DNA of 64,000 bases from Candidatus Multivorans sp. (GTDB lineage Bacteria; Acidobacteriota; Thermoanaerobaculia; Multivoradales; Multivoraceae), in contig CBDCVC010000001.1 of NCBI GenBank assembly GCA_965222875.1, forward strand, positions 117,264 to 181,263. The letters run 5' to 3'. Made by a program: the position numbers and the translations under genes. Below the pieces are notes generated by a model that was not told the origin of the DNA, searched no databases, and was given only the letters and a program-made list of their open reading frames with translations. This document shows positions 38,355 to 49,509 of the stretch, piece by piece (positions within the stretch are counted from its first letter, which is position 1; each line of letters begins with the position of its first letter).

Positions 38355-41300
38355 CTATGGCGTCTTGATCGGGTCGGCGGGGCGGCCGGGCAGGGTGCGG
38401 GGGTCTTCGGCGAGCTTCTCGAGCAGCAGGTCTACGGCTCGCTCGAGTTGCGGGTCGCGGCCGTCGAGGATGTCGCGCGGCAGGTTGGTGACCTCGATGT
38501 CCGGGTCGACGCCGTAGCCCTCGATCACCCAGTTGCCTTCGGGGTCGGCGGCGCCGGCCTCGGGCACGTTGACCGAACCGCCGTCGATGAGCGGCGCCCG
38601 GCCGTAGATGCCGACCACGCCGCCCCAGCTCCGCTTGCCCACGATGGGCCCCAATCCGGCGCGGCGGAACTGGTAGGCGAACTGGTCGCCGTCCGAGGCG
38701 GTGTCCTCGTCGATCACGCAGACAAGGTGGCCGTGGAAGACGCCGCCGGGCGAAGTGTCGACGGAGTCCCGGTTGCGCTCGAAATCGAGCATCAGGGTCT
38801 CGCGGCGCAGGCGTTCGATGATCATCGGCGAGACGTTGCCGCCGCCGTTCGAGCGCACGTCGACGACAAGCGCCTCGGCGCGGATCTGGCCGTAGTACCA
38901 CTTGATCCACTCGCGGATGCCGGCGGCCGACATGTCGGGAATGTGGAGGTAGCCGATCCGGCCGCCGCCGCGCTCGGCGACGATCTTGCGGCTGCGCTCG
39001 GTCCAGGCCAGGTAGATCAGCGCGTCCTCGCTCGAGATCGGATCGACGAGGACGTTGCGCGCCTCGCCGCGGTCGGCGCTTGAACCGACGGTCAACTCGA
39101 GCGGCCCTCGCCCGGCCTCGCGCAGGAGCTGGAACGGATTCATCGCCGGGGTCAGTTCGCGGCCCTGGATCGCGAACAGGTAGTCGCCCTCGCCAACGCC
39201 GACGCCGATCTCGGTCAGCGGCGAGCGGTAGCGCGGCTCCTCGTTCTGTCCTTCGAAGATGCGGGCGATGCGGTAGCGCCCGGCCTCCTCGTCGAGCTCG
39301 AAGCGGGCGCCGAGCAGAGCCGCGCGCGGCCGGTCCGGGACCTCGTAGTCGCCGCCGGTGACGTACGCGTGGGAGACATTCAGCTCGGCGACCATCTCGC
39401 TCATCACGTAGTTCAGGTCGCTGCGGTGGCCGACGTGCGTCAGCAGGGGCCGGTACTGGTCGCGCAGGGCTTCCCAGTCGTAGCCGTGCATGTTCGGGGC
39501 ATAGAAGAAGTCACGGAACCGGCGCCAGACTTCGTCGAAGATCTGCGCCCACTCCTCGGTCGGTACGCGGTCGACGGTCAGACCGGCGAGGGACAGCGTC
39601 TTTGCCGGGCCGCCGCCGACATCGAGCAGACGGAAGGAGCGGCCCTCTCGCACCAGCAGTTTCTTACCGTCGCGGGACAGGACGAGGCCGCCGATGCCCT
39701 TGGCCAGGCTCTTGCCCTCGCGCTTCTCGAGGTCGTACGAGAAGACCTCGGTCTGGACGTCGGAGGAGCGTCCGAGGTACCCGGCGCCGCCACGAACGTA
39801 GAGGACCTTGCCTTCCGCGGCGCCGAGGCCGATGTAGTTGTCCGCCTCTACGGGTACGCGGGCGACTCGCCGCGCGAGACCGTCGAGGTCGATCCGGTCG
39901 CTGGGCGCCTCGTCTTCTTCTTCGTCGTCGTCGTCACCCGCGTGCTCGCCGTCCCCGTCGCCGTCCTCGTGTTCGCCGCTCCCGTCTTCGTCCGCCTCCC
40001 CCTCGTCCTCCTCGTCCACCTCGTCCTTCTCGTCCTCGATCTCGACCTCGTCGCTACGCGGTGGGAAGGGGTGGGGCGTGTCCTCGCGCAGGGCGAGCGC
40101 GTAGATGTAGGTCTCGCGGTCGGCGGCGTAGTTGTACTCGAAGCTCCCGATCTGCGGCTGGAACTGCCGGTCGGAGAAGAAGTAGAGGTAGTCGCCGCCC
40201 GGATCGAAGATGGGAAAGAAGTCGTTCCAGAGCTCGGACGTCACCCGGGTCAGGGTCCGGCTCGCGACCTCGAACAGGTGGATGGAGCTGAACTCGTTCG
40301 GGTCGCCGAGTTCGACCGCCAGGTAGTCGCCGTTCGGCGACCAGTCGTAGCCGGTACCGAAGGGCCTGGGATCGTCCGCGACTTCGATGATGTCGCGCGA
40401 TCCGGTCGCCGCGGCGTCGACGATGCCGAGCCGGCCCTGCTGGTCGACGAAGGCGATGCGGTCGCTCTTCGGCGACCAGAGCAGGTTGTTGTAGTGGCGG
40501 CCGACGCTGCCCTCGGTGAGCTGCTCCGGTTCGCTGCTGCCGTCCTGGCTGACCACCCAGATCTCGGTCTCTCCGCTGCGGTCCGACACGAAGGCAATCC
40601 GGCGGCCGTCGGGCGACCAGGCCGGATCGCGGTCGTTGGCGCCGGAACTGCGCGTCAGGTTGCGGGTCGGGCCGTGCTCCACGGGGACGGTGAAGATGTC
40701 GCCGCGGGCGGAGAAGGCGGCCCGCTGCGCCTTCGGGCTGAGGGAGAAACCGGACACTCGGTTCGCCGCCGAAACGCGGCTCGGCCGGCGGGCGAGCTGG
40801 TCCGTCGGCACGTGGATCGGGACCGGACGCGCCGCGCCGGAAGCCAGGTCGAAGATCTCGAGCGAACCAGCCTTCTCGTACACGATGCGCCGGCTCGCCT
40901 TGTCGGCGCTCGGCCAGCGCACGTCCCACCGGTCCTCCTGCGTGAGCTGCGCGAGATCGCCGGAACCTGTTTCGTAGGCGTACAGGTTCAGGATGCCGTC
41001 GCGGTCGGAGGAGAAGTAGATCGCTTCGTCGATCCACATCGGGTCGCGGTCCGAGCGGCGATGGTTCGTGACCTGGATCGACTCCAGGCTGTCCAGGTCC
41101 AGGATCCACAGGTCCTGCGCCCAGCCGCCCTCGTAGCGCTTCCAGTGCCGGAAGTCGCGGGTCACCGGCGAGTAGACGACGCGCCGGGCGTCGGGCGAGA
41201 GATCGCCGCCGCCGGACTCGGGCATCGGCAGCGCCCGCGGCAGACCGCCGGAGGTGTTGACCAGGAAGAGCTTCGTATCGCCCAGGTCCCAGCCGTCGCG

Positions 41301-41738
41301 AAGCGACCGGAACAGCACGGACCTGCCGTCGGGGGACCAGCCGTAGACCTGGTAGTCGTAGCCCCAGCGCGGCGCCAGCGGCCCGGCAGCCGGGTAGAAG
41401 GTCAACTGCCGGGGCGCGCCGCCCGCGGTCGGCACGACGTAGACCTGCTCGTCGCCGTCGTACTGGCCGGTGAACGCGATCTGCGAACCGTCGGGCGAGA
41501 ACTTCGCGAACAGCTCGAGGCCGGGATGAGAGGTGAGCCGTGTCGCTGTGCCCCCGTCCGCCGAAGCGAGCCAGATGTCCCCCGCGTAGGTAAACGCGAT
41601 CCGGTCGCCGGAGAGGTCCGGGAAGCGGAGCAGCCTGGTCGGTTCGCCGGTCTGCGCGACAACGGGCGCGGGCAGCGCGGCGACGGCCAGGGCCATGGCG
41701 TACAGCATGGCGCGCGAAACGTGACAGGGATCGATCAT
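38355..41738 (-). CDS. Tricorn protease (S41 family) with PD40 propellers and PDZ
   Basis: WKRYEGG, PD40 repeats, [22 protein letters not shown] catalytic Ser, [12 protein letters not shown]; GGAGG RBS. Confidence 0.93.
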   Translation of the reverse strand: MIDPCHVSRAMLYAMALAVAALPAPVVAQTGEPTRLLRFPDLSGDRIAFTYAGDIWLASADGGTATRLTSHPGLELFAKFSPDGSQIAFTGQYDGDEQVYVVPTAGGAPRQLTFYPAAGPLAPRWGYDYQVYGWSPDGRSVLFRSLRDGWDLGDTKLFLVNTSGGLPRALPMPESGGGDLSPDARRVVYSPVTRDFRHWKRYEGGWAQDLWILDLDSLESIQVTNHRRSDRDPMWIDEAIYFSSDRDGILNLYAYETGSGDLAQLTQEDRWDVRWPSADKASRRIVYEKAGSLEIFDLASGAARPVPIHVPTDQLARRPSRVSAANRVSGFSLSPKAQRAAFSARGDIFTVPVEHGPTRNLTRSSGANDRDPAWSPDGRRIAFVSDRSGETEIWVVSQDGSSEPEQLTEGSVGRHYNNLLWSPKSDRIAFVDQQGRLGIVDAAATGSRDIIEVADDPRPFGTGYDWSPNGDYLAVELGDPNEFSSIHLFEVASRTLTRVTSELWNDFFPIFDPGGDYLYFFSDRQFQPQIGSFEYNYAADRETYIYALALREDTPHPFPPRSDEVEIEDEKDEVDEEDEGEADEDGSGEHEDGDGDGEHAGDDDDEEEDEAPSDRIDLDGLARRVARVPVEADNYIGLGAAEGKVLYVRGGAGYLGRSSDVQTEVFSYDLEKREGKSLAKGIGGLVLSRDGKKLLVREGRSFRLLDVGGGPAKTLSLAGLTVDRVPTEEWAQIFDEVWRRFRDFFYAPNMHGYDWEALRDQYRPLLTHVGHRSDLNYVMSEMVAELNVSHAYVTGGDYEVPDRPRAALLGARFELDEEAGRYRIARIFEGQNEEPRYRSPLTEIGVGVGEGDYLFAIQGRELTPAMNPFQLLREAGRGPLELTVGSSADRGEARNVLVDPISSEDALIYLAWTERSRKIVAERGGGRIGYLHIPDMSAAGIREWIKWYYGQIRAEALVVDVRSNGGGNVSPMIIERLRRETLMLDFERNRDSVDTSPGGVFHGHLVCVIDEDTASDGDQFAYQFRRAGLGPIVGKRSWGGVVGIYGRAPLIDGGSVNVPEAGAADPEGNWVIEGYGVDPDIEVTNLPRDILDGRDPQLERAVDLLLEKLAEDPRTLPGRPADPIKTP

Positions 41739-41952
41739 GGGGAACCTCCGGTCGCGAAACCGCGCTTCGGAGCGGCGGCGCGGGCGGCATTGTCTCACGT
41801 TCGGTTGCGGAATCCCTCAGGCCGCCCGGAACCCTGGGTTGCATCCGGTAAGCTGCCGCCGCTTCGCTGGGCGGGGGTACTGGCCGGCCAGGGGGCGGCA
41901 CCAGACAACGAATCGAGACGCCGGCCGCGAGCCGGCCGCGGGAGACGGCAGC

Positions 41953-43524
41953 ATGAGTGGGATCGAGATCACGGGAGCACGCGACTTCGAAGCGGCGGAG
42001 CACATTCTGACCGCGGAGGCGCTCGAGTTCGCGGGCGACCTGTGCCGGCAATTCGAAGAGCGCCGGGTGCAGTTGCTCCAGGACCGGGTCGATCGCCACG
42101 CCCGCATCGAGGCCGGCGAGGATCCGACCTTCCCGCGTGAGACCCAGAAAGTCCGGGACGCGGATTGGAAGGTGGCCCCGACGCCCGCGGACCTCAACTG
42201 CCGTTGGGCCGAGATCACGGGCCCCGTTGACCGCAAGATGATGATCAACGCCCTCAACTCGGGCGCCAAGGTCTTCATGGCCGACCTCGAGGACGCGCTC
42301 AGCCCGAGCTGGCGCAACGTGATCGAGGGCCAGCAGAACCTCTACGACGCGGTGCGCCGCCAGTTGGAGTTCACGAACCCGGGCAACGGCAAGGAGTACC
42401 GTCTCAAGGACGAGATCGCGACCCTGCTGGTGCGTCCTCGCGGCTGGCACCTGATCGAGAAGAATGTCTTGCTCGACGGCAAGCCCGTCTCGGCCGGCAT
42501 CTTCGACTTCGGCCTCTTCTTCTTCCACAACGCCAAGGAAGCGCTCAGCCGCGGCAGCGGGCCGTACTTCTACCTGCCGAAGCTGGAGAACCGGCACGAG
42601 GCTCGGCTCTGGAACGACATCTTCGTCGCCGCCCAGGACGCGCTCGGCGTGCCTCAGGGCAGCGTCCGCGCAACCGTGCTGATCGAGACCATCCTCGCCG
42701 CCTTCGAGATGGAGGAGATCCTCTACGAGTTGCGCGACCACTCGGCGGGCCTGAACGCGGGTCGATGGGACTACATCTTCAGCGCGATCAAGAAGTTCGC
42801 GTTCCGCGAGGACATGGTGCTGCCTGATCGCGGCCAGATCACGATGACGGTTCCCTTCATGCGCTCCTACACCGAGCTGCTGGTTCGCACCTGCCACAGC
42901 CGCGGCGCGCACGCGATCGGCGGCATGGCCGCCTTCATTCCCAGCCGGCGGGATGCTGAGGTCAACGCGACGGCGCTCGCCGCGGTCCGCGCCGACAAGG
43001 AGCGCGAGGCCGGCGACGGCTTCGACGGAAGCTGGGTCGCCCATCCGGACCTGGTGCCGATCGCCCTGGAGGTGTTCTCGACCAAGATGGAAGGCCGTCC
43101 GAACCAGAAGGAACGGCTGCGCCAGGACGTGTCGGTGGAACCCGGCAGCCTGATCGACCTGAACGTCCCCGGCGGCACGCTGACCGAGCAGGGTCTGCGC
43201 AACAACGTCTCGGTTGGGCTCCAGTACATGAACTCCTGGCTCAACGGCAACGGCGCCGCGGCGATCAACAACCTGATGGAGGACGCGGCGACCGCCGAGA
43301 TCGCCCGCGCCCAGCTCTGGCAGTGGGTCCACCGCAATGCCCGGATGGACAACGGCGCGCGGGTTACCGCCGAGCTCTACGAGCAGGTTCGGGACGAGGA
43401 GCTGAGCCAGCTCGGGGGCCGGTCCGCGAGCCGTTACGGTCTCGCCGTCGAGTTGCTCGACGACCTGGTGCTCGGTTCCGAGTTCCAGGAGTTCCTGACG
43501 CTGCAGGCGTACCAGCACATCTGA
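41953..43524 (+). CDS. aceB: Malate synthase A
   Basis: [46 protein letters not shown]. Confidence 0.96.
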   Translation: MSGIEITGARDFEAAEHILTAEALEFAGDLCRQFEERRVQLLQDRVDRHARIEAGEDPTFPRETQKVRDADWKVAPTPADLNCRWAEITGPVDRKMMINALNSGAKVFMADLEDALSPSWRNVIEGQQNLYDAVRRQLEFTNPGNGKEYRLKDEIATLLVRPRGWHLIEKNVLLDGKPVSAGIFDFGLFFFHNAKEALSRGSGPYFYLPKLENRHEARLWNDIFVAAQDALGVPQGSVRATVLIETILAAFEMEEILYELRDHSAGLNAGRWDYIFSAIKKFAFREDMVLPDRGQITMTVPFMRSYTELLVRTCHSRGAHAIGGMAAFIPSRRDAEVNATALAAVRADKEREAGDGFDGSWVAHPDLVPIALEVFSTKMEGRPNQKERLRQDVSVEPGSLIDLNVPGGTLTEQGLRNNVSVGLQYMNSWLNGNGAAAINNLMEDAATAEIARAQLWQWVHRNARMDNGARVTAELYEQVRDEELSQLGGRSASRYGLAVELLDDLVLGSEFQEFLTLQAYQHI

Positions 43525-43538
43525 GTTAGCATCAGGGC

Positions 43539-43775
43539 GTGAGCACTCTGGCGATAGCGCGAGCCCTGCGTGAAGCGGGAATCGACCCTGACCATGCGAC
43601 TGCGGTTGCCGAAGCCGTTGGCGAAACCATCGCCGAGACCGCCGCGACGCGAGCGGATCTGGCCGCGGTAGAGCTCCGCCTGAGCGACAAGATCACAGCG
43701 GCGTCCTGGCGGGTAATCGGAGTAGTGCTGGGTGGCGTAGGCGGTCTGCTGGCGCTGTTCCGGTTACTCGCGTAG
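43539..43775 (+). CDS. DUF1640/CCDC90-like small membrane protein
   Basis: TLAIARALREAGI...AATRADL plus C-terminal TM helix. Confidence 0.7.
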   Translation: MSTLAIARALREAGIDPDHATAVAEAVGETIAETAATRADLAAVELRLSDKITAASWRVIGVVLGGVGGLLALFRLLA

Positions 43776-43794
43776 CGGTTCGCTCACTGCCGGC

Positions 43795-45081
43795 GTGCAG
43801 CACGCGATCGAACTGGACGCGCTGCGAAGCGAGGTCGGCGACTCGGCCTCGGCGATGGCCAACGCGGTTTCGGCCTGTGTCCACTGCGGCTTCTGCCTGC
43901 CGACGTGCCCGACCTACGTCGAACTCGGGGAGGAGATGGACTCGCCGCGCGGCCGCATCGTGCTGATGAAGGAGGTGCTCGAGGGCGGCCTCGACCTGGA
44001 AGAGGCGCTGGAACACATCGACCCCTGCCTGGGCTGCATGGCGTGCGTCACCGCCTGTCCGTCGGGCGTCGAGTACGGCGAACTGCTGATGCCGTTCCGG
44101 GAACTGGCGGAGGCCGGCCGGCGGCGCTCCCCGTTTGACCGCTGGTGGCGCGGCCTGATGCTGGACACGCTGGCTCGCCCCGCGCGCCTGCGGTGGATGC
44201 TGCGGCTGGGTCGTCTGGCGGCGCCATTCCGCGCGCTGCTGCCGGCGCGTCTGGCCGCACCGCTCGATCTGCTGCCCAGGACCGCGGACCGCGCGCAAGT
44301 CGGCTTCGGCGTGTTCCCCGCGGCCTCCGAGCGGTGCGCCCGGGTGGCGCTCCTCGCCGGTTGCGCGCAGCAGGTGCTGGCGCCACGGATCCACCGCGCG
44401 ACGATCGAAGTGCTGACCCGCCGGGGAGTCGAGGTCATCGTCCCGAAGGAAGAGGTGTGCTGCGGTTCGCTGGCTTTTCACGCCGGTGACGCGCCGCGGG
44501 CCCGCGCCGCCGCCGGTTCCCTGCTGCGGGTCCTCGGGCCCGAGGGTCTCCTGGCCGACGTCGACGCGGTGCTGACCAACGCGGCCGGCTGCGGTTCAGG
44601 CCTCAAGGAGTACGGCCTGCTGTTCGCGGGGCGGCCCGAGGAGGCAGCGGCCCGCGCTCTGGCCGCCAAGGTGCGGGACGTCTCGACGTTCCTGGCCGCG
44701 CTCGAGACGGAGGCGCCGCCGCCGCTGCCGCAGCCGCTGCGCGTCGCCTACCACGACGCCTGCCACCTGGCCCACGCCCAATCGGAGCGGGCAGGGCCCC
44801 GGCAGTTGCTGGCCCAGGTGCGGGGCGTGACCCTGGTGGAACCGCGCGACTGGCAGATCTGCTGCGGTTCGGCGGGCATCTACAACCTGGAGGAGCCCGA
44901 GCTTGCGGCCCGCCTGGGGCGCAAGAAGGCGGAGGCTCTGCTTGAGGGCGAACCGGACGTGATCGCCACCGGCAACATTGGCTGCCTGACCCAGATCGAG
45001 AGCCACGTGCATCGTCTGGGCTCGCCGATTCCCGTGCGGCACACGATGGAGATCCTGGCCTCGGCGCACGGCGCCGACTGA
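43795..45081 (+). CDS. glcF: Glycolate oxidase iron-sulfur subunit
   Basis: CVHCGFCLPTCPTY, MDSPRGRI, CLGCMACVTACPSGV, two CCG domains. Confidence 0.88.
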   Translation: MQHAIELDALRSEVGDSASAMANAVSACVHCGFCLPTCPTYVELGEEMDSPRGRIVLMKEVLEGGLDLEEALEHIDPCLGCMACVTACPSGVEYGELLMPFRELAEAGRRRSPFDRWWRGLMLDTLARPARLRWMLRLGRLAAPFRALLPARLAAPLDLLPRTADRAQVGFGVFPAASERCARVALLAGCAQQVLAPRIHRATIEVLTRRGVEVIVPKEEVCCGSLAFHAGDAPRARAAAGSLLRVLGPEGLLADVDAVLTNAAGCGSGLKEYGLLFAGRPEEAAARALAAKVRDVSTFLAALETEAPPPLPQPLRVAYHDACHLAHAQSERAGPRQLLAQVRGVTLVEPRDWQICCGSAGIYNLEEPELAARLGRKKAEALLEGEPDVIATGNIGCLTQIESHVHRLGSPIPVRHTMEILASAHGAD

Positions 45082-45197
45082 GCCCGATCGTCCGTCCTGA
45101 GGAGACTTCGGGCTCTACACGGACACCGGTCCAAACGTCCGCTATCCTCCGCGCGGTCGACCACCTTCTCTTCCACATCTTCCGCCTTCGCACTCAT

Positions 45198-46238
45198 ATG
45201 ACGACACCGACTCGCATTGGCATCATGGGCTTCGGCCTTCTCGGTCGAAGCCTGTTCCGCCTCTCTCTTGACCGGCCCGAAATCGAGGTTGCCGGCGTGG
45301 CCGACACCGCCGATCCCGAGATGCTGCGCTACCTGCTGCGCTTCTCGACCCTGCCGTGGCCGCTCGACGCGGATGTCGCGCTCGAGAACGGCAGCCTGTG
45401 CGTCGACGGCTCGTGCGCCAGCGTGGTGCGCGTCGGCAGCGCCGGCGAGGCGCCCTGGGGCGACCTCGGGGTCACGACCGTGGTCGACTTCCGGGACACG
45501 CAGCCGACGCGGAGCGAGCTCGAGGGTCACCTTGAGGCCGGCGCCGAGCGCGTGGTGCTCTGCGCGCCCCCGGGCGGGGAACTGGACCGGACGGTCGTGG
45601 TCGGCTTGAACGAGGACCGGATCGAGCCTTCCGACCGAATCCTGTCCGCCGGCTCGTTCACCGCGCATTGCGCCGGACCGCTGCTGCGCATCCTCGACGG
45701 GGCCTTCGGCGTCGAGCAGGCGTTCATCAGTTCCGTGCGTGCCTACGGCGCCGGTTCGCGGCTTGCCGACGTGCCGGCGCCCGAACTCCGCTCCGGCCGG
45801 GCCGCGGGCGAGAACATCATTCCCTCGGTGACGGAAGCCGCGTCGGAACTCGAGACCGTTTTGCCCGATCTCGGCGGCAAGCTCTCGGCTTCGGCGATGA
45901 ACGTGCCGGTCGCGAACGGCTCCGTGGTCGACCTGGTCTGCTGGCACCGCGACGCCGTGAGCGTTGCCGGGGTCAACGAAGCGGTGGCCGGGGCCGCCGA
46001 CGGCGAATGGAGCGGCCGGCTGCGCTTCGAGCGCGAGGCGATCGTCTCGGCCGACACTGTGGGCAGCCGGGCGACCTGCATCTTCGATTCACAGGGAACG
46101 ATGACCCTGGGCGATCACGTCTCGAAGACGATCGCCTGGTTCGACAACGGCTGGGGCTACCTGCACCGGCTCTTGGAACTTCTCGCCACGCTCGATGGCA
46201 CGCCGGCGGCGGCGGGTGCTGAAGGGGGTGCCTCATGA
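45198..46238 (+). CDS. GAPDH-fold paralogue lacking the catalytic Cys and His
   Basis: Full-length similarity to the neighbouring Gap, but SAGSFTAHC replaces SNASCTTNC and SVRAY replaces TIHAY. Confidence 0.85.
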   Translation: MTTPTRIGIMGFGLLGRSLFRLSLDRPEIEVAGVADTADPEMLRYLLRFSTLPWPLDADVALENGSLCVDGSCASVVRVGSAGEAPWGDLGVTTVVDFRDTQPTRSELEGHLEAGAERVVLCAPPGGELDRTVVVGLNEDRIEPSDRILSAGSFTAHCAGPLLRILDGAFGVEQAFISSVRAYGAGSRLADVPAPELRSGRAAGENIIPSVTEAASELETVLPDLGGKLSASAMNVPVANGSVVDLVCWHRDAVSVAGVNEAVAGAADGEWSGRLRFEREAIVSADTVGSRATCIFDSQGTMTLGDHVSKTIAWFDNGWGYLHRLLELLATLDGTPAAAGAEGGAS

Positions 46239-47251
46239 TCCGCGTCGGGATAAACGGCTTCGGTCGCATCGGCCGCAGCGTCTTCCGCATCCTCGCCAGC
46301 CGCCCCGACGTGCAGGTCGTCGGCATCAACGACCTGTTCGACGCGGAGCGCCTGGCCTACCTGCTGCGCTACGACACGGTGCAGGGAGTCTTCGACCAGG
46401 AGGTCGAGGTGACCGGCAACGGCCTGCGCGTCGGCGGCCGCCAGATCCGGCTCAGTGCGGAGCGGGATCCGTCCCAGCTCCCCTGGAGTGAACTCGGGGT
46501 CGACATCGCCGTCGAGTCGACGGGCGTGTTCAGGACCTGCGCCCAGGTGGCGCAGCACCTCGAAGCCGGCGCCTCGCGGGTGGTGCTCACGGTACCGGCC
46601 AAGGACGAGATCGACGCCATGATCGTCCTCGGGGTCAACGACGGCGATCTCGGTCCGGAGCATCGCGTGGTCTCCAACGCCTCCTGCACCACGAACTGTC
46701 TGGCGCCCCTGGCCAAGACGCTCGACGACGCGTTCGGTTTCGAGGAGGGGTTCATCACCACCATCCACGCGTACACCAACGGCCAGCGCCTGGTCGACTC
46801 ACCGCACAGCGACCCGCGGCGCAGCCGCTCGGCGACCGCCAACATCATCCCCACCACGACGGGCGCCGCGCGCGCCGTCGGCAAGGTGCTGCCGCACCTG
46901 AACGGCCGCCTCGACGGCATGGCGATGCGGGTGCCCGTGGCGGACGGTTCGATCGTCGATCTGACCTGCAGGCTCCGCGGCGATGCCTCGGCGGAGGACG
47001 TGAACGGGGCGGCTTCGGCGGCGGCTGAGTCGAACCTGGCGGGCATCCTCCAGTACTCCGAAGACCCTCTGGTTTCGAGCGACATCCTCGGCAATCCCCA
47101 TTCGTCGATCTTCGACGCGCCGCTGACCCGGGTCACACCGGCCGAGGGCGGCGGCGTGTACGCCCGCGTCGTGTCGTGGTATGACAACGAGTGGGGCTAC
47201 TCGAACCGGGTCGCGGATCTGATCGAGCGGCTGGCGCAGCTCGGGCCCTGA
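46235..47251 (+). CDS. gap: Type I glyceraldehyde-3-phosphate dehydrogenase
   Basis: GINGFGRIGR, SNASCTTNCLAP, TIHAYT, SWYDNEWGY. Confidence 0.96.
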   Translation: MIRVGINGFGRIGRSVFRILASRPDVQVVGINDLFDAERLAYLLRYDTVQGVFDQEVEVTGNGLRVGGRQIRLSAERDPSQLPWSELGVDIAVESTGVFRTCAQVAQHLEAGASRVVLTVPAKDEIDAMIVLGVNDGDLGPEHRVVSNASCTTNCLAPLAKTLDDAFGFEEGFITTIHAYTNGQRLVDSPHSDPRRSRSATANIIPTTTGAARAVGKVLPHLNGRLDGMAMRVPVADGSIVDLTCRLRGDASAEDVNGAASAAAESNLAGILQYSEDPLVSSDILGNPHSSIFDAPLTRVTPAEGGGVYARVVSWYDNEWGYSNRVADLIERLAQLGP

Positions 47252-47308
47252 CCCTGAGTTCGTACCGCCCCGTCCGGGGCCGCCCGCCTCGCTTTCAGCT
47301 TCGGTTCG

Positions 47309-47971
47309 ATGGATATTCGTTCCCTACTTGTTTCGGCGCCCATCCTGCCCCTGCTCCGGATCGAGCGGGAGGAAGATGCGGTGCCTCTGGCCGGCGCCCT
47401 GCTCGACGGCGGCATCGTGGTGCAGGAGGTGGCGCTTCGCACTCCGGCCGCCTTGCCGGCAATCGCCCGCATCGCGAACGAACTCCCCGAGGTCATCATC
47501 GGCGCGGGAACGGTGCGCAGGGCGGATGACGTGTACGCGGCGCGCGACGCCGGCGCCCGTTTCGGGGTCAGTCCGGGGATCACCCCCGAGATCGCGATGG
47601 CCGTGCACGAGGCCCTGATGCCCTTCCTGCCCGGCGTGGCGACGCCGTCCGAGATTCAGGGCGCGGTGGCCCTGGGTTTCTCAACCTGCAAGTTCTTCCC
47701 GGCGCCTGCCAGCGGCGGCCTGACCTTCCTGCGGGCTGTCCACGGCCCGTTCCCCGAGGTCGCCTTCTGCCCGACGGGCAACCTCGACCGCACCAACTAC
47801 CGGCGCTACCTCGCCGAACCGAATGTCGTCTCGGTCGGGGTTTCGTGGATCACGCCGCCCGAGGCCTTCGCGGCCCGGGCCTGGAGCCGTGTCGCTGAAC
47901 TGGCCCGGGCGACGGTCGAGGAAGTCCACGGCGTGGCCGGCGCCGTGCCGGCGGCCGCGGCCGGATCGTAG
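47309..47971 (+). CDS. eda: KDPG/KHG aldolase
   Basis: IGAGTV, VSPG, PGVATPSE, KFFPA, FCPTG. Confidence 0.9.
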   Translation: MDIRSLLVSAPILPLLRIEREEDAVPLAGALLDGGIVVQEVALRTPAALPAIARIANELPEVIIGAGTVRRADDVYAARDAGARFGVSPGITPEIAMAVHEALMPFLPGVATPSEIQGAVALGFSTCKFFPAPASGGLTFLRAVHGPFPEVAFCPTGNLDRTNYRRYLAEPNVVSVGVSWITPPEAFAARAWSRVAELARATVEEVHGVAGAVPAAAAGS

Positions 47972-47990
47972 CCGGGAGACCGAGGCAACC

Positions 47991-49442
47991 GTGCAGCGCC
48001 GAGCCAAGATCGTCGCCACGATTGGCCCGGCGAGCTCGAATCCCAAGACCCTCGCGCGGCTGATCCGCGCCGGCGTCAACGTCGTCCGGCTGAACCAGTC
48101 GCACGGCACCCGGGAGGAGCATCGCCGGCTCATCCGGCTGGTGCGGCAGGTCAGCGAGAAGGCGGGACGGTCGGTCGGCGTGATGGTCGACCTGATGGGG
48201 CCGCGGCACCGGCTCGATCACTTCGAGGGCGCGCGAATGCTCAAGCGGGGCGACATCGTTGCCCTGGGCGCGGGCGCCGGCGCGGATCTGGCGCTCGACC
48301 GCGACATGGTCAAGCACGTCCAACCGGGCGAACAGATCCTGATCGACGACGGCAGGGTGCAGTTGGAGGTGCGGTCGAAGGACGAGGAGAAGATCGAGGC
48401 GGAGGTCATCATCGGCGGCGCCGTGTCGAGCCGCAAGGGCGTGAACCTGCCCGACAGCCATCTTCCGTTTCGCATCTCGGACAAGGATCTGGCCGACATC
48501 CGGATGGCGGTCGAGGAAGACGCCGACTTTCTCGCGGCCAGCTACATCGGCACCCCGGTAGACATGGTTCAGGTGCGGGAAGCGTCGCGCGAGGCGGGCC
48601 GCAGCCTGCAGGTCATCGCCAAGCTGGAGCGTCGGCGGGCGCTGGAGCACCTCGACGAGATCGTGCTCGAGTCCGACGGCGTGATGGTGGCGCGGGGCGA
48701 CCTGGGGGTCGAGATTCCGTTGCACCAGGTGCCCGTGGTGCAGAAGCAGATCATCGAGAGCGGCTGGCGACACGTGCGTCCGGTGATCGTGGCGACCCAG
48801 ATGCTGGAATCGATGATCGAGCATCCGCGGCCCACGCGGGCCGAGTCCTCGGACGTGGCGAACGCCGTGTTCGACGGCGCCGACGCCATGATGCTCTCCG
48901 GCGAGAGCGCTGCCGGCCGCTATCCCCTGGAAGCGGTGCAGACGATGCACCGGATCATCGCCGAGTCGGAGCGTTACCAGCTCTCGAAGCACACCTCCCA
49001 GCCGGTTGGATTCCACACGATGGAGGTCGGCCCCTACGACATCGAACCGCCGAATCGGCTGGGCGCGCTGGAGATCCCGGAGACGATCTCGGCCGCGGCC
49101 ATCCTGTCGGCCCGTCATCTGAGCGCGCAGGGGATCGTGGTCCTCAGCCAGGGCGGTTTCACGGCCCGCCAGGTCGCCTGCCGCCGCCCGTCGACGCCGG
49201 TGCTGGCCTTTACCCGCGAGCCGCGGACCATGCGCGAGCTCCAGCTCGTGTGGGGCGTCCATTCCGTGCGGATGGACCAGGAGGTGTACCACCACGACGA
49301 GGTCGTCGCGATGGTGGACCGGCAGCTCCTCGCCGGCAACCTCGCCCTGCCCGGCGACACGATCGTGCTGCTGATGGGCGACCCGATCCAGGATCGTCCG
49401 CCGACGAACCTGGTGCGGATTCACCGCGTCCGCCCACAGTAG
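47991..49442 (+). CDS. pyk: Pyruvate kinase
   Basis: KIVATIGPAS, IAKLER, GVMVARGDLGVE, ATQMLESM, MLSGESA. Confidence 0.96.
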   Translation: MQRRAKIVATIGPASSNPKTLARLIRAGVNVVRLNQSHGTREEHRRLIRLVRQVSEKAGRSVGVMVDLMGPRHRLDHFEGARMLKRGDIVALGAGAGADLALDRDMVKHVQPGEQILIDDGRVQLEVRSKDEEKIEAEVIIGGAVSSRKGVNLPDSHLPFRISDKDLADIRMAVEEDADFLAASYIGTPVDMVQVREASREAGRSLQVIAKLERRRALEHLDEIVLESDGVMVARGDLGVEIPLHQVPVVQKQIIESGWRHVRPVIVATQMLESMIEHPRPTRAESSDVANAVFDGADAMMLSGESAAGRYPLEAVQTMHRIIAESERYQLSKHTSQPVGFHTMEVGPYDIEPPNRLGALEIPETISAAAILSARHLSAQGIVVLSQGGFTARQVACRRPSTPVLAFTREPRTMRELQLVWGVHSVRMDQEVYHHDEVVAMVDRQLLAGNLALPGDTIVLLMGDPIQDRPPTNLVRIHRVRPQ

Positions 49443-49509
49443 GACCGCCGGTCCGGCATCGGGGCGTCGGGCCGCATCCCGGCCCGCCGCTCCGGTACGA
49501 TCAGCCGCC

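Noticed and set aside
39915-40050. Acidic low-complexity tract as a repeat element
   Set aside because: In-frame Asp/Glu linker of the kind common in tricorn proteases
40054-43518. Very long alternative ORFs (also 17490-20294, 29087-31291, 39369-42140, 1817-3970)
   Set aside because: Antisense or off-frame shadows of well-supported genes, expected in high-GC DNA; no motifs
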